Shown in pieces: positions 19,094 through 28,302 of a stretch of DNA of 64,000 nt (positions are counted from its first letter, which is position 1; each line of letters begins with the position of its first letter). Source of the stretch: Thermoplasmata archaeon (GTDB lineage: Archaea > Thermoplasmatota > Thermoplasmata > Lutacidiplasmatales > UBA184); assembly GCA_030043855.1 (NCBI GenBank), contig JASHWW010000005.1, positions 9,088-73,087 on the forward strand, given 5' to 3'. The translations under genes and the position numbers were made by a program. A model generated the notes under the pieces. It had not been told where the DNA came from. It worked only from the letters and a program-made list of their open reading frames with translations, and ran no database searches.

Positions 19094-20686
19094 ATGCCGG
19101 AAGTCGTCATCACCTGCGATTGGACGATGATGAGCAACCACCACGGGAAGGAATTCCTGGGGTTCGGGACGACGACGCCGGCCTACGTCTTCCCGGAGAC
19201 CGTCTACCAGCGCCTCTTCTACCCGGAGATGCCGGTCGACGAGCACGGCTACCCCGTCCAGGCCCCGTACGGGATGCGGAAGATCGAGGCGGCCCTCATC
19301 GACGGCGGCTTCGACGCCCGGATCGTCCACCCCGGCCACCTGAGCAAGTACATGCCCGGGGAGGCGAAGGTCCTCCTGATCTCGGGCCACGACTACTTCG
19401 GCCTCAACCCGCCGAGCTCCACGTTCGGCGGCGTCATGAAGCGCGAGCCGCTGAATTCGGTGAACTTCAAGCGGATGCTCACCCAGCCCGCCGTCGTCGA
19501 AGCCCGCAAGCGGGGCCTCAAGATCATCGCGGGGGGGCCGTGCGCGTGGCAACTGTCGCCCGCCACCCGCCAGAAGCTCCCGTTCGTCCAGGAGTTCCTC
19601 GACTCGTTCGGCGGCGTCGACACCGTCGTGGAGGGGGAGAGCGACCTGTTCGTCCGCGACATCGTCGCGAAGGCGCTCCGGGACGAGTTCCTCCCGCCGC
19701 ACGTCGTCCTCGCCGCGAAGGAGGCGCCGAAGGTCGAGCAGATCTCGTCGATCAAGTTCCCCAGCGTCAATGGCCTGATCGAGATCGGGCGCGGGTGCTG
19801 CCGCGGCTGCTCGTTCTGCTCGGTGACGACCCGCCCGACCCGCTGGTACCCCCTCGACAAGGTCGAGGAGGAGCTGAAGGTCAACGCGAAGCTCGGGATC
19901 CGCAAGGGGATCCTGCACTCCGACGACGTGTTCTTCTACGGCAGCCCGAACGTGATGCCGCACGAGGAGAAGCTGATCCCCCTCCTCCAGCTCGCCAAGC
20001 GGTACTACCAGCAGGTCGGATGGAGCCACGTGGCCGTCGCGTCGTTGATGACGAAGCCGAAGCTCCTCTCGAAGTGCGCCGAGGTCCTGATCGACGACAA
20101 CCAGAGCTGGTGGGGCGTCGAGGTCGGTGTCGAGACGGGATCTCCGCGGATGATCACCGCCGCGATGCCGGGGAAGGTCGCCCCGTTCAAGGCGTCGCAG
20201 TGGCCCGAGCTCGTCGTCCAGGCGGCTGGGCTGATGAACGACAACCACGTCTATCCGGCGTGCACGTTCATTGTCGGCCTCCCGCAGGAGACGGAGGACG
20301 ACGTCCAGCGGACGATCGACCTGATCGACGACCTCTGGGACTTCAAGGCGATCCTCGTCCCGATGTTCTTCGTTCCGCTCGGGCACCTGAAGAGCCGCGA
20401 CTGGTTCCGGCGCGACCGCCTCTCCCCGCTCCAGGAGGAGCTGCTGAAGCGCGCGCTGTCGCACGGGCTCCGGCAGTCGAAGGTGATGCTGAACGACTTC
20501 TTCGACTGGGAGGGGTCGCACACGCGGCTCTACCGCGGCGCCTTCCGCAGCTTCATCGGGTTCCTCGACGTGATCGCGAAGATGCACGGGCTGACGAGCG
20601 AGCCGCACCGGCCCGGCCGCGCGATCGTCGACCCGAACCGGTCGCCGGACCACCTGCCGGTGCCGACGATCCCGGTCCGCGAGTGA
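19094..20686 (+). CDS. B12-binding radical SAM protein, GDGT ring synthase (GrsA/GrsB)-like
   Basis: CRGCSFC radical SAM motif; N-terminal MMSNHHGKEFLGF and QAPYGMRKIEAALID segments recalled as typical of Grs homologs; GAGGTGA RBS upstream. Confidence 0.75.
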   Translation: MPEVVITCDWTMMSNHHGKEFLGFGTTTPAYVFPETVYQRLFYPEMPVDEHGYPVQAPYGMRKIEAALIDGGFDARIVHPGHLSKYMPGEAKVLLISGHDYFGLNPPSSTFGGVMKREPLNSVNFKRMLTQPAVVEARKRGLKIIAGGPCAWQLSPATRQKLPFVQEFLDSFGGVDTVVEGESDLFVRDIVAKALRDEFLPPHVVLAAKEAPKVEQISSIKFPSVNGLIEIGRGCCRGCSFCSVTTRPTRWYPLDKVEEELKVNAKLGIRKGILHSDDVFFYGSPNVMPHEEKLIPLLQLAKRYYQQVGWSHVAVASLMTKPKLLSKCAEVLIDDNQSWWGVEVGVETGSPRMITAAMPGKVAPFKASQWPELVVQAAGLMNDNHVYPACTFIVGLPQETEDDVQRTIDLIDDLWDFKAILVPMFFVPLGHLKSRDWFRRDRLSPLQEELLKRALSHGLRQSKVMLNDFFDWEGSHTRLYRGAFRSFIGFLDVIAKMHGLTSEPHRPGRAIVDPNRSPDHLPVPTIPVRE

Positions 20687-20696
20687 GCCGCTCGGG

Positions 20697-21224
20697 CTAC
20701 TCCTGATCCGCCGGGAGTGCCGGTCGCCCGGCCCGATGCACCGGTCGGGGACGGTACTCGGCGATCGGACCGTCGTCGTCGGCGCCTCCATGGCCCTCGA
20801 CCACCGAGAGGCTCCGTTCCTGCGCGTTGCCGTCGTACGCCCGCCACGACCCGGGCCCGAACGGGGCGCCGAGGATCACGTGGCGGCTCCCCCAGTTCCG
20901 GAACAGCTGCTGGTCCGCTTCGGACGGGTGGAGCGCGCCCGACGGATGGGAGTGGACCGTCCCGACCACCGACAGGTCGGCCGGCAGCATGTAGAGGCGG
21001 AAGTTGGCGTGGCGTCGGCCGGCGGTCGTCCCCGGCAGCAGCAGCAGCTCGCCGATGACCCCGGGCGGGTCGGCCCGGAGCACCCCGCCGAACTCGTTCG
21101 GATACGCCGAGCGCGCGCTCGCGAGCGCGCTCGAAAGGACGCGCCGCGAGATCGCGGTCGCGGGCGCCCCCAGGCGCGGGGCGTCGTCGGCCCGCCTACG
21201 CTGCGGGCGGAAGATCGGCGCCAC
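20697..21224 (-). CDS. JAMM/MPN+ (Mov34) metalloprotease
   Basis: PNEFGG ... VGTVHSHPSGALHPSEAD. Confidence 0.88.
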   Translation of the reverse strand: MAPIFRPQRRRADDAPRLGAPATAISRRVLSSALASARSAYPNEFGGVLRADPPGVIGELLLLPGTTAGRRHANFRLYMLPADLSVVGTVHSHPSGALHPSEADQQLFRNWGSRHVILGAPFGPGSWRAYDGNAQERSLSVVEGHGGADDDGPIAEYRPRPVHRAGRPALPADQE

Positions 21225-22071
21225 GGCGGTCCGACCCGGCCTCCTCGCTCCAGGGAAGGATCCCCTTCCCGCGGAGCCGCTCGAAGTACTGGGAGCCGAA
21301 CCGGACCAGGGTCGCCCGGCGGGGCGAGCGGTAGAGGGTGACCTCTCCGTCGCGCCGGAGGGGGATCTCCTCCTGGCCGTCGAGGATCACGACCGCTCCG
21401 GGGTCGGCGTCGAGCGGACGCAGGCGGATCGTGTGGAGCGGGTCGACGACGATTGCCCGGGCCTGGACGCGGAACGGCGCGATCGCGGTGACGACGATCG
21501 CCTCGAGCGACGGGTCGACGATCGGGCCCAGCGAACTGAGCGAGTACGCGGTCGAACCGGTCGGGGTGGCGACGATCACCCCGTCGGCGCGGATCTCCCC
21601 CACCACGTGGCGGTCGACCGCGATCTCGAACAGTCCCATCTTGCCCACCGCGGCGGAGTGGACGACGAACTCGTTCGTCACGTCGGCGGTCGGGTGCCCG
21701 TCGACCTCGGCGGCGAGCTTCATCCGCTCCTCGAGCGAATACCGCCCCGAGAGGAGCCGCTCGAGGGCCCCGTCCACGTCGTCGGGAGCGCCCTTCCCGA
21801 CCCCGGCGAGGACCCCCACCGTCCCGGCGTTGATCGGGAGGAGGGGCGCCTCCGAGCGCCGGAGCGTGTAGAGGAACGTCCCGTCGCCGCCGATCGCGAT
21901 CAGCACGTCGGGGCGCAGCTCGCCGAGCGGCCGGTGGGGCCGGTCCGGGGCGAGCGCGTTCACCTCCGTGCTGAGCTCGACCTCCGCCCGGTCGCCGATC
22001 CGCTCGAGCACGTGCGCGGCGAGGCGCAGCGCCTCGGGCTTGCCGGGATTCGCGGTCAGGCCGAGCTTCAC
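21196..22071 (-). CDS. nadK: NAD(+) kinase
   Basis: IGGDGT, NE motif, DGVIVATPTGSTAYSLS. Confidence 0.93.
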   Translation of the reverse strand: MKLGLTANPGKPEALRLAAHVLERIGDRAEVELSTEVNALAPDRPHRPLGELRPDVLIAIGGDGTFLYTLRRSEAPLLPINAGTVGVLAGVGKGAPDDVDGALERLLSGRYSLEERMKLAAEVDGHPTADVTNEFVVHSAAVGKMGLFEIAVDRHVVGEIRADGVIVATPTGSTAYSLSSLGPIVDPSLEAIVVTAIAPFRVQARAIVVDPLHTIRLRPLDADPGAVVILDGQEEIPLRRDGEVTLYRSPRRATLVRFGSQYFERLRGKGILPWSEEAGSDRRGADLPPAA

Positions 22072-22880
22072 AGATACCCGGCCTCCGCGGCGTACTGCAG
22101 GAACGCCCGGTCGCCGAAGCCGAGGACGGTCGTGCGCTGCTCGACGCCGAGCGGGAACTGCTCGAGCGAGCGTCCGCTCGCGTCCGTCACCCCGCCCCCG
22201 GCTTCGGCCAGGATCCGGTAGCCCGCCGCGATATCGGTCGCGCGGAGGTTCCGGCCGTCGGCGGAGTTCTCGAACACGTAGGCGTCCGCGCTCCCTTGCG
22301 CCACCATCAGCATCTCGAACGAGGCGCATCCGAGCGAGCGGATCCGTCGGGCCTTCCCGGCGAGCCGTTGGGCCCGTTCGGTCGCCGGGGTGCCCAGGTT
22401 CACGCAGAGGATCTCCGAGCGGGGGCTCCAGCCCCGAGTACGGATCGGGCGTCCGTCGCGGTAGGCGCCGCCTCCGCGGACCGCCCAGTACGTCGCGCCC
22501 CGGTACAGGTCCCGGACCAGCCCGAGGTCGATTCCGCCGAGGGTCTCCCGACCGAGCGCGAGCGACACCGTCGAGAACGGCAGGTGGCGGAGCGCGTTCG
22601 TGGTCCCGTCGATTGGGTCGACGACGAGCGTCCGCTCGCCGCCGCGCCGGACCGTCCCGATCTCCTCGGAGACGAGGTTCCAATCGACGCCCTCGGCGTC
22701 GAGCATGCGCAGGATCTCCGACTCCGCGGCCCGGTCGAGCTCCTCGGTCGGCGTCCCGTCGGCGCCCATCGCGACGACGTCCGCCCGATGGGGCGCGCTC
22801 TCCGCGTCCCGGACGACCTGCTGGACCGCGAGGCTGATCCGGACGAGAACTTCGAGCTCGGCGCGGAACGCCTCCGGCAC
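22068..22880 (-). CDS. Inositol monophosphatase/FBPase (possible NADP phosphatase) family
   Basis: GADGTPT..LD, SEE, VDPIDGTTNA, RSLGCAS, TDIAAG; stop overlaps nadK start (GTGA). Confidence 0.9.
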   Translation of the reverse strand: MPEAFRAELEVLVRISLAVQQVVRDAESAPHRADVVAMGADGTPTEELDRAAESEILRMLDAEGVDWNLVSEEIGTVRRGGERTLVVDPIDGTTNALRHLPFSTVSLALGRETLGGIDLGLVRDLYRGATYWAVRGGGAYRDGRPIRTRGWSPRSEILCVNLGTPATERAQRLAGKARRIRSLGCASFEMLMVAQGSADAYVFENSADGRNLRATDIAAGYRILAEAGGGVTDASGRSLEQFPLGVEQRTTVLGFGDRAFLQYAAEAGYL

Positions 22881-22979
22881 GACGCCGGGACGGTCGGTCC
22901 TCTCGATAAAGCCGCCTTCGCCGGCGGGAGCGCCCGTCTCCCGGCGTGACGTTAAATGGCGGTGCCGCTCGGGCGGCCG

Positions 22980-24212
22980 ATGGAACTCCAATTCCTCGGC
23001 GGCGCGAGCGAGATCGGCTCGCTGGGGCTGGTCGTCCGGGACGCCGGACGGACGCTGTTGTTCGACTACGGGATGACGCCGACGGACCCGCCGTCGTACC
23101 CGCGGCCCGCCCCGACGAACGTCGACCTCGCGTTCCTCTCCCACGCCCACCTCGACCACTCGGGGATGACGCCGCTCCTGAGCCGGCTGCCGAAGGCGCG
23201 CCTGATCGCGACTCCCGTGACGATCGCCGTCGCGGACCTGCTCACCAAGGACGCCCTCAAGGTCGCGCGGCTGGAAGGCTACCTGGCCCCGTACACTCCG
23301 TCGGACATCCACTCGCTGCACGCGAAGTTCACGGCCGTCGATCGGCACGGGACGTTCCGGCACCGGGGCATCGAGGTCGAGTTCACGCCCGCGGGCCACA
23401 TCCCGGGGGCCTCGATGCTCCTGTACCGGGGCGAGAAGGACGTCCTGTTCACCGGCGACCTGCAGACGATCCCGACGCATCTGGTCGGCGGCGCGGAACC
23501 CCTCGAGACCGACGTGCTCGTGATGGAGTCGACGTACGCGGGTCGGGAGCACCCCGACCGGCGGGAGACGGAACGGCGGTTCCGGGACAAGGTCGCGGAG
23601 ACGATCGCGCGCGGCGGCAAGGCGATCGTCCCGGCCTTCGCCGTCGGCCGGGCCCAGGAGGTGCTGATGTCGCTCGCGTCCTCGGGATTCGAGACGTACC
23701 TCGACGGCATGGCCCGGTCGGTGAACGAGATCTACGAGGCGGCCCCCGAGTACCTCGCGGACGCCCGAAAGTTCCGGCGGGCCCTCGAAGGGGTCCACGT
23801 CGTCGAGCACCCCGGCGATCGCAAGAAGGCGTTGCGGGAGGCCGAAGTGATCGTCACCACCGGCGGGATGCTCGACGGCGGGCCCGTCCTCTACTACATC
23901 GGCGAGATGTACCGCGACGCGAAGAGCTCGATCCTGCTCACGGGGTTCCAGGTCGAAGGATCGAACGGACGGCAGCTGATGGACGAGGGGACCCTCACCA
24001 TCGACGACACGACCATCCACCCGTCGTGCGAGGTCGGAAAGTTCGACTTTTCCGCCCACGCGGGCCACTCCGACCTCGTCCGGATCGCGCGCGAATCTCG
24101 GGCGAAGAAGGTCGTGCTGATGCACGGCGACCACCGCGAACCGCTGCGCGAGGCGCTCGAGGGGTTCTGCGAAGTCGTCCTGCCCGAGAACGGCAAGGCG
24201 TTCAGCGTTTAG
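22980..24212 (+). CDS. beta-CASP metallo-beta-lactamase ribonuclease (aCPSF2-like, no KH domains)
   Basis: LGGASEIG, HAHLDHSG, AGHIPG, ESTY, FSAHAG, MHGD. Confidence 0.92.
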   Translation: MELQFLGGASEIGSLGLVVRDAGRTLLFDYGMTPTDPPSYPRPAPTNVDLAFLSHAHLDHSGMTPLLSRLPKARLIATPVTIAVADLLTKDALKVARLEGYLAPYTPSDIHSLHAKFTAVDRHGTFRHRGIEVEFTPAGHIPGASMLLYRGEKDVLFTGDLQTIPTHLVGGAEPLETDVLVMESTYAGREHPDRRETERRFRDKVAETIARGGKAIVPAFAVGRAQEVLMSLASSGFETYLDGMARSVNEIYEAAPEYLADARKFRRALEGVHVVEHPGDRKKALREAEVIVTTGGMLDGGPVLYYIGEMYRDAKSSILLTGFQVEGSNGRQLMDEGTLTIDDTTIHPSCEVGKFDFSAHAGHSDLVRIARESRAKKVVLMHGDHREPLREALEGFCEVVLPENGKAFSV

Positions 24213-25296
24213 AGCGGCCCGAACGACGGCGGCGCGGACGAGGTTCCTCGTCCTCGGCCGCAACGTCGACCTCTCGCCCCGCGGCCAGCTCCGGAGGAGT
24301 TTCCTCCAGGGCCTCCTGCAGGGGCGGCAGGGCCCCGGTCGGACGAACCTGGCGGCGGATCTCGGCCCAGAGGGCGTCGACTCCCTCCCCGGTCCGGGCC
24401 GAGACGTGGGGGCGGTCGTTCTCCCGCTGCACCAGATCGGATTTCGTCTCGACCGCCACGATCGGGAGCGTCGGGTACTCCTCCCGCCAGCGCTGGAGCA
24501 GGCCCTCCTGTTCGGCCATCGAGTATCCCGAGCTCTCGGACGGGTCCAGCACGAAGAGCACGACGGTGGCCGCCGAATGGACCGCGGTCGTCGCCTCGGA
24601 CTCGGCGGGATTCTCCTTCCCCCGCCGCCCGAGCACCCCCGGTGTGTCCAGCACCTGGAGTCGGTCGAACCCGAGGTCGGCGTGCCCGACCTGCAGCGCG
24701 AGCGTCGTGAACGGGTAGTCGGCGACCTTCGGGTGGGCGGACGAGAGGCGAGCCACGAGCGACGACTTGCCGACGTTGGGGAACCCCGCCACGACCAGGG
24801 TCGGCGCCCCCGGCTCGAGCCGGGGTCGGTCGTCCAGGAACGCCGCCATGTCGCGCAGCCGCAGGAGGTCGGGATCGACCTCGCGGACGAAGCTCGACAG
24901 GCGCCCGTAGTACGACCGAACGATGTCGCCCAGCTCCTCGGACCCGGAGGCGCGCTGGACGGCCCGTTCCGTCGGGCGCGCGAGTCCCCGGATCCGCTCC
25001 TCGGCGCGGCGCACGCGCACGAGCGAACGGTCGAGGGTGCCCGGCCCGAACCGGCCGTCGATCAGCGCCCGCTCGAAGTCGGTCGGCTTCGGTTGGAGGA
25101 ATCGTCGCGTCTCCAACCGGAGGTGCCGGATGACGGTTGCCGTACTGCGAACGACCTTGAGCTGGGCCCGAAGCCGGTCGCGCGCCGCCTTCGTCTCGCC
25201 GTGGGGCGTGGCGAGCGACGCCCGACGGAACGCCGTGTCGAGGATGGCAACGGACGGCGGCGGCGCGGACGGTGTGGAGGATCGGCGTCGCGGCAT
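24202..25296 (-). CDS. NOG1-like GTP-binding protein
   Basis: GFPNVGKSS, YPFTT, DTPG, TKSD; helical N-domain. Confidence 0.88.
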   Translation of the reverse strand: MPRRRSSTPSAPPPSVAILDTAFRRASLATPHGETKAARDRLRAQLKVVRSTATVIRHLRLETRRFLQPKPTDFERALIDGRFGPGTLDRSLVRVRRAEERIRGLARPTERAVQRASGSEELGDIVRSYYGRLSSFVREVDPDLLRLRDMAAFLDDRPRLEPGAPTLVVAGFPNVGKSSLVARLSSAHPKVADYPFTTLALQVGHADLGFDRLQVLDTPGVLGRRGKENPAESEATTAVHSAATVVLFVLDPSESSGYSMAEQEGLLQRWREEYPTLPIVAVETKSDLVQRENDRPHVSARTGEGVDALWAEIRRQVRPTGALPPLQEALEETPPELAAGREVDVAAEDEEPRPRRRRSGRSKR

Positions 25297-25446
25297 GACC
25301 GACGGGGGCGTCCGGGGGAGGGGGACCGGCGGAAGAGGATTGTCACCCGCGCCCCGGACCCCGGCCGCGCGGGTCGCCGTTCCGGCCCGCTCGACCCCGA
25401 ACGCCTTTTGAGCGCCCCACCGCTCGGTCGGCTCCGGGGAAGCGAC

Positions 25447-26826
25447 GTGCCTCGGTGGATCTCCGACGAGGGTGGGGAGGAGGCGGCCCTCCTGGCCGCT
25501 CTCGGCATCTCCTCGGTCGAGGAGTTGTTCACCGACGTTCCCAAGAAGGCCCGGATCGGACGGATGGGCGTCGGGCCCGGGCACGAGGAGCCCGAGGTCG
25601 TCCGGGAGATCGACAAAATCCTCGACCGCAACCGACCCCTCTCGAAGTTCGCGGCGTTCGTCGGCGGTCGCTTCCAGAGCCGCTACGTCCCAGCGGCCGT
25701 CGATGCGATCCTCTCCCGCAGCGAATTCTACACGTCGTACACGCCGTACCAACCCGAGGCGAGCCAGGGGATGCTCCGGGCGCTGTTCGAATTCCAGAGC
25801 CTCTGGGTCGAGCTGACCGGCCTGGACGTCGCCAACGCGTCGCTCTACGACGGGGCGACCGCTGCGGGCGAGGGCCTGCTCTTCGCGCGTCGGCTGCACG
25901 AGGGCCACCGGTTCCTCGTACCCGCGAGCCTCCCGTGGGAGGAGCGCAGCGTCCTCGAGAACTACGCGAGCGGGCCCGGACTCACGGTCGAGTCGATCCC
26001 CTACGACGAGCGGACCGGTTGCCTCGACCTCGACTTCGTCCGCACCGCCGTCCGGTCGGGCGACGTCTTCGGGGTCCTCGCCGACGTCCCGAACGGGTTC
26101 GGCCACCTCGACGAAGGTCTCGTGGAGTTGAAGCCGATCCTCGGCGACGTGCCGCTGGTCGTCTCCGCCGATCCGCTCTCGTTGACGGTCCTGGAGGCGC
26201 CGGGCCGGTACGGAGCGGACGTGGTCGTCGGGGAGGGACAGGGGTTCGGCATCGCCCCGTCGTTCGGCGGGCCGGCGCTCGGACTGTTCGCGTGTCGGAA
26301 GGAGCACGTGCGGATGGCGCCCGGCCGGATCGCGGGTGCGACCCTCGACTCGGAGGGCCGGCGGGCGTACGCCCTCACTCTCCAGACGCGGGAACAACAC
26401 ATCCGTCGCTCCCGCGCGACCTCCAACATCTGCACGAACGAATCGTTGATGGCCCTCGCGTTCGTCGTCTACGCGAGCGTCGTCGGGCCGCGGGGACTCG
26501 CGGCGCTGCAGTCCTCCCTGGCCGAGAAGGCGCGCACCCTCGCGAGCGCCCTCGGGAGCGTTCCGGGGCTGCAGGCGCCCCGGTTCGAGGCGCCCTACCT
26601 CTGCGACTTCACGGTGGAACTCCGCTCCGGTACGGCCCGTGCGTTCCTCGACCGGCTCCGGCGACGGAAGGTCTTGGGCGGTGTCCCGCTCGCGGATCCC
26701 CGGCCGGGACGGTCGTCCGGCCCGGAACGGATCCTCGTCTCGGCGACGCCCACGATCGGGGAGAAGGAGATCCAGAAGTACGCGGCGGCCGCGCGGGCGG
26801 CGCTGTCCGGGGGGGGCGCGTCGTGA
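25447..26826 (+). CDS. gcvPA: Glycine dehydrogenase (decarboxylating) subunit 1
   Basis: EFYTSYTPYQPEASQG, NASLYDG, QTREQHIRRSRATSNICTN. Confidence 0.95.
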   Translation: MPRWISDEGGEEAALLAALGISSVEELFTDVPKKARIGRMGVGPGHEEPEVVREIDKILDRNRPLSKFAAFVGGRFQSRYVPAAVDAILSRSEFYTSYTPYQPEASQGMLRALFEFQSLWVELTGLDVANASLYDGATAAGEGLLFARRLHEGHRFLVPASLPWEERSVLENYASGPGLTVESIPYDERTGCLDLDFVRTAVRSGDVFGVLADVPNGFGHLDEGLVELKPILGDVPLVVSADPLSLTVLEAPGRYGADVVVGEGQGFGIAPSFGGPALGLFACRKEHVRMAPGRIAGATLDSEGRRAYALTLQTREQHIRRSRATSNICTNESLMALAFVVYASVVGPRGLAALQSSLAEKARTLASALGSVPGLQAPRFEAPYLCDFTVELRSGTARAFLDRLRRRKVLGGVPLADPRPGRSSGPERILVSATPTIGEKEIQKYAAAARAALSGGGAS

Positions 26827-28286
26827 GCTTCCGGCAGGCGCGCTGGGACGAGCCGTCCATCTGGGACCTCGCCCCGTCCGACCCCGGCCCGGTGCCCGAG
26901 GTCCCCGGAGTCCCCGAGCGACTCCGGCGGAAGGAGGGTCTGCGCTGGCCCGAGCTCTCCGAGCTCGAAGTCGTCCGGCATTACACGCGCCTGTCGCAGA
27001 TGAACTTCGGGATCGACACCTCGCCGTACGCCCTCGGGTCGTGCACGATGAAGTACAACCCGAAGGTCTCCGAGCAGCTCGCTCGGCGACCGGGGGCGGC
27101 CGACCTTCACCCGTACCAACCGGTGGAGACGGTCCAGGGCGCCCTCGAGGTCGTCTGGCGGCTCGAGCGAATCCTGGCGAAAGTCACGGGACTACCCGAG
27201 GTCTCGCTGCAGCCCGCCGCGGGGGCCCACGGGGAGTACGCGGCGCTCCTGATGGTGCGGGCCTACTTCCGCGATCGCGGGGAGCTCGCCCAGCGCACCG
27301 AGGTGTTGTTGCCCGACACCGCGCACGGGACCAATCCCGCCTCGGCCAGTATGGCGGGGTTCACGACGCGGGAGATCCCCTCGAAGGACGGTTGCGTCGA
27401 CCTTGCGGCACTGCGCGCCGCGGTCTCGGACCGGACGGCCTGCTTCATGCTCACCAACCCGAACACGGCCGGCCTGTTCGAGTCCGAGATCCTCGAGATC
27501 GCGGCGACCGTCCACGGCGCCGGCGGGATGCTCTACTACGACGGGGCGAACCTGAACGCGATCCTGGGGATCACCCATCCCGGCCGGATGGGGTTCGATG
27601 TCGCGCACCTGAACCTGCACAAGACGTTCGCGACGCCCCACGGCGGAGGCGGCCCCGGCGCCGGCGTGCTCGCCGCCGGGGAGACGCTGGCCCCGTACCT
27701 GCCGGTCCCGCGGGTCGTGAAGCGGGGACGGGCGTTCTCGCTCGACTACGACCGGCCGAAATCGATCGGGAAGATTCGCGCCGGCTACGGGAGCTTCGGG
27801 CTCGACCTGCGAGCGTACGCCTTCGCGATCACGCACGGCGAGGAGGGACTGAAGCACGTCTCCCGGCGGGCCGTCCTCAACTCGAACTACCTCGGATCCC
27901 GGATGGGGCGCTACCTGCCCCGGCCGTTCCGGCCCCTGGTGAAACACGAATTCCTGCTCTCGGGGGCCCCGCTCAAGGAGAAGGGCGTCCGGACGTTGGA
28001 CCTCGCGAAGCGCCTCCTCGACGAGGGCGTGCACGCGCCAACGATCTACTTCCCGTCGCTCGTCGAAGAGTCGTTGATGTTCGAGCTCCCCGAGACCGAG
28101 TCGAAACGGGAGCTCGACCGCTACTACGCGGCGTTCGAGCGGGCGGTCACGGACACGCCCGAGCACCTGCACGCGGCGCCCCGGAATCTCGCCGTCTCCC
28201 GCATCGACGAGGTCCGGGCGGCGCGCGAGCCGTTGCTCTCGTGGAAGGACCTGCGCGCCGCGTCCGCAAAGGTTGAAACTCCCTAG
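26823..28286 (+). CDS. gcvPB: Glycine dehydrogenase (decarboxylating) subunit 2
   Basis: LGSCTMKYNP, AHGTNPAS, HLNLHKTFATPHGGGGPG (PLP Lys). Confidence 0.95.
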   Translation: MSFRQARWDEPSIWDLAPSDPGPVPEVPGVPERLRRKEGLRWPELSELEVVRHYTRLSQMNFGIDTSPYALGSCTMKYNPKVSEQLARRPGAADLHPYQPVETVQGALEVVWRLERILAKVTGLPEVSLQPAAGAHGEYAALLMVRAYFRDRGELAQRTEVLLPDTAHGTNPASASMAGFTTREIPSKDGCVDLAALRAAVSDRTACFMLTNPNTAGLFESEILEIAATVHGAGGMLYYDGANLNAILGITHPGRMGFDVAHLNLHKTFATPHGGGGPGAGVLAAGETLAPYLPVPRVVKRGRAFSLDYDRPKSIGKIRAGYGSFGLDLRAYAFAITHGEEGLKHVSRRAVLNSNYLGSRMGRYLPRPFRPLVKHEFLLSGAPLKEKGVRTLDLAKRLLDEGVHAPTIYFPSLVEESLMFELPETESKRELDRYYAAFERAVTDTPEHLHAAPRNLAVSRIDEVRAAREPLLSWKDLRAASAKVETP

Positions 28287-28302
28287 CGGCTCCCGCCGGC
28301 CG

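Noticed and set aside
24406-28286. Apparent long N-terminal extensions or fusions on gcvPA and gcvPB (also dinB, smc, DUF2079, mtnA)
   Set aside because: Artefacts of taking the first in-frame start; conserved N-termini and stop/start overlaps define shorter genes
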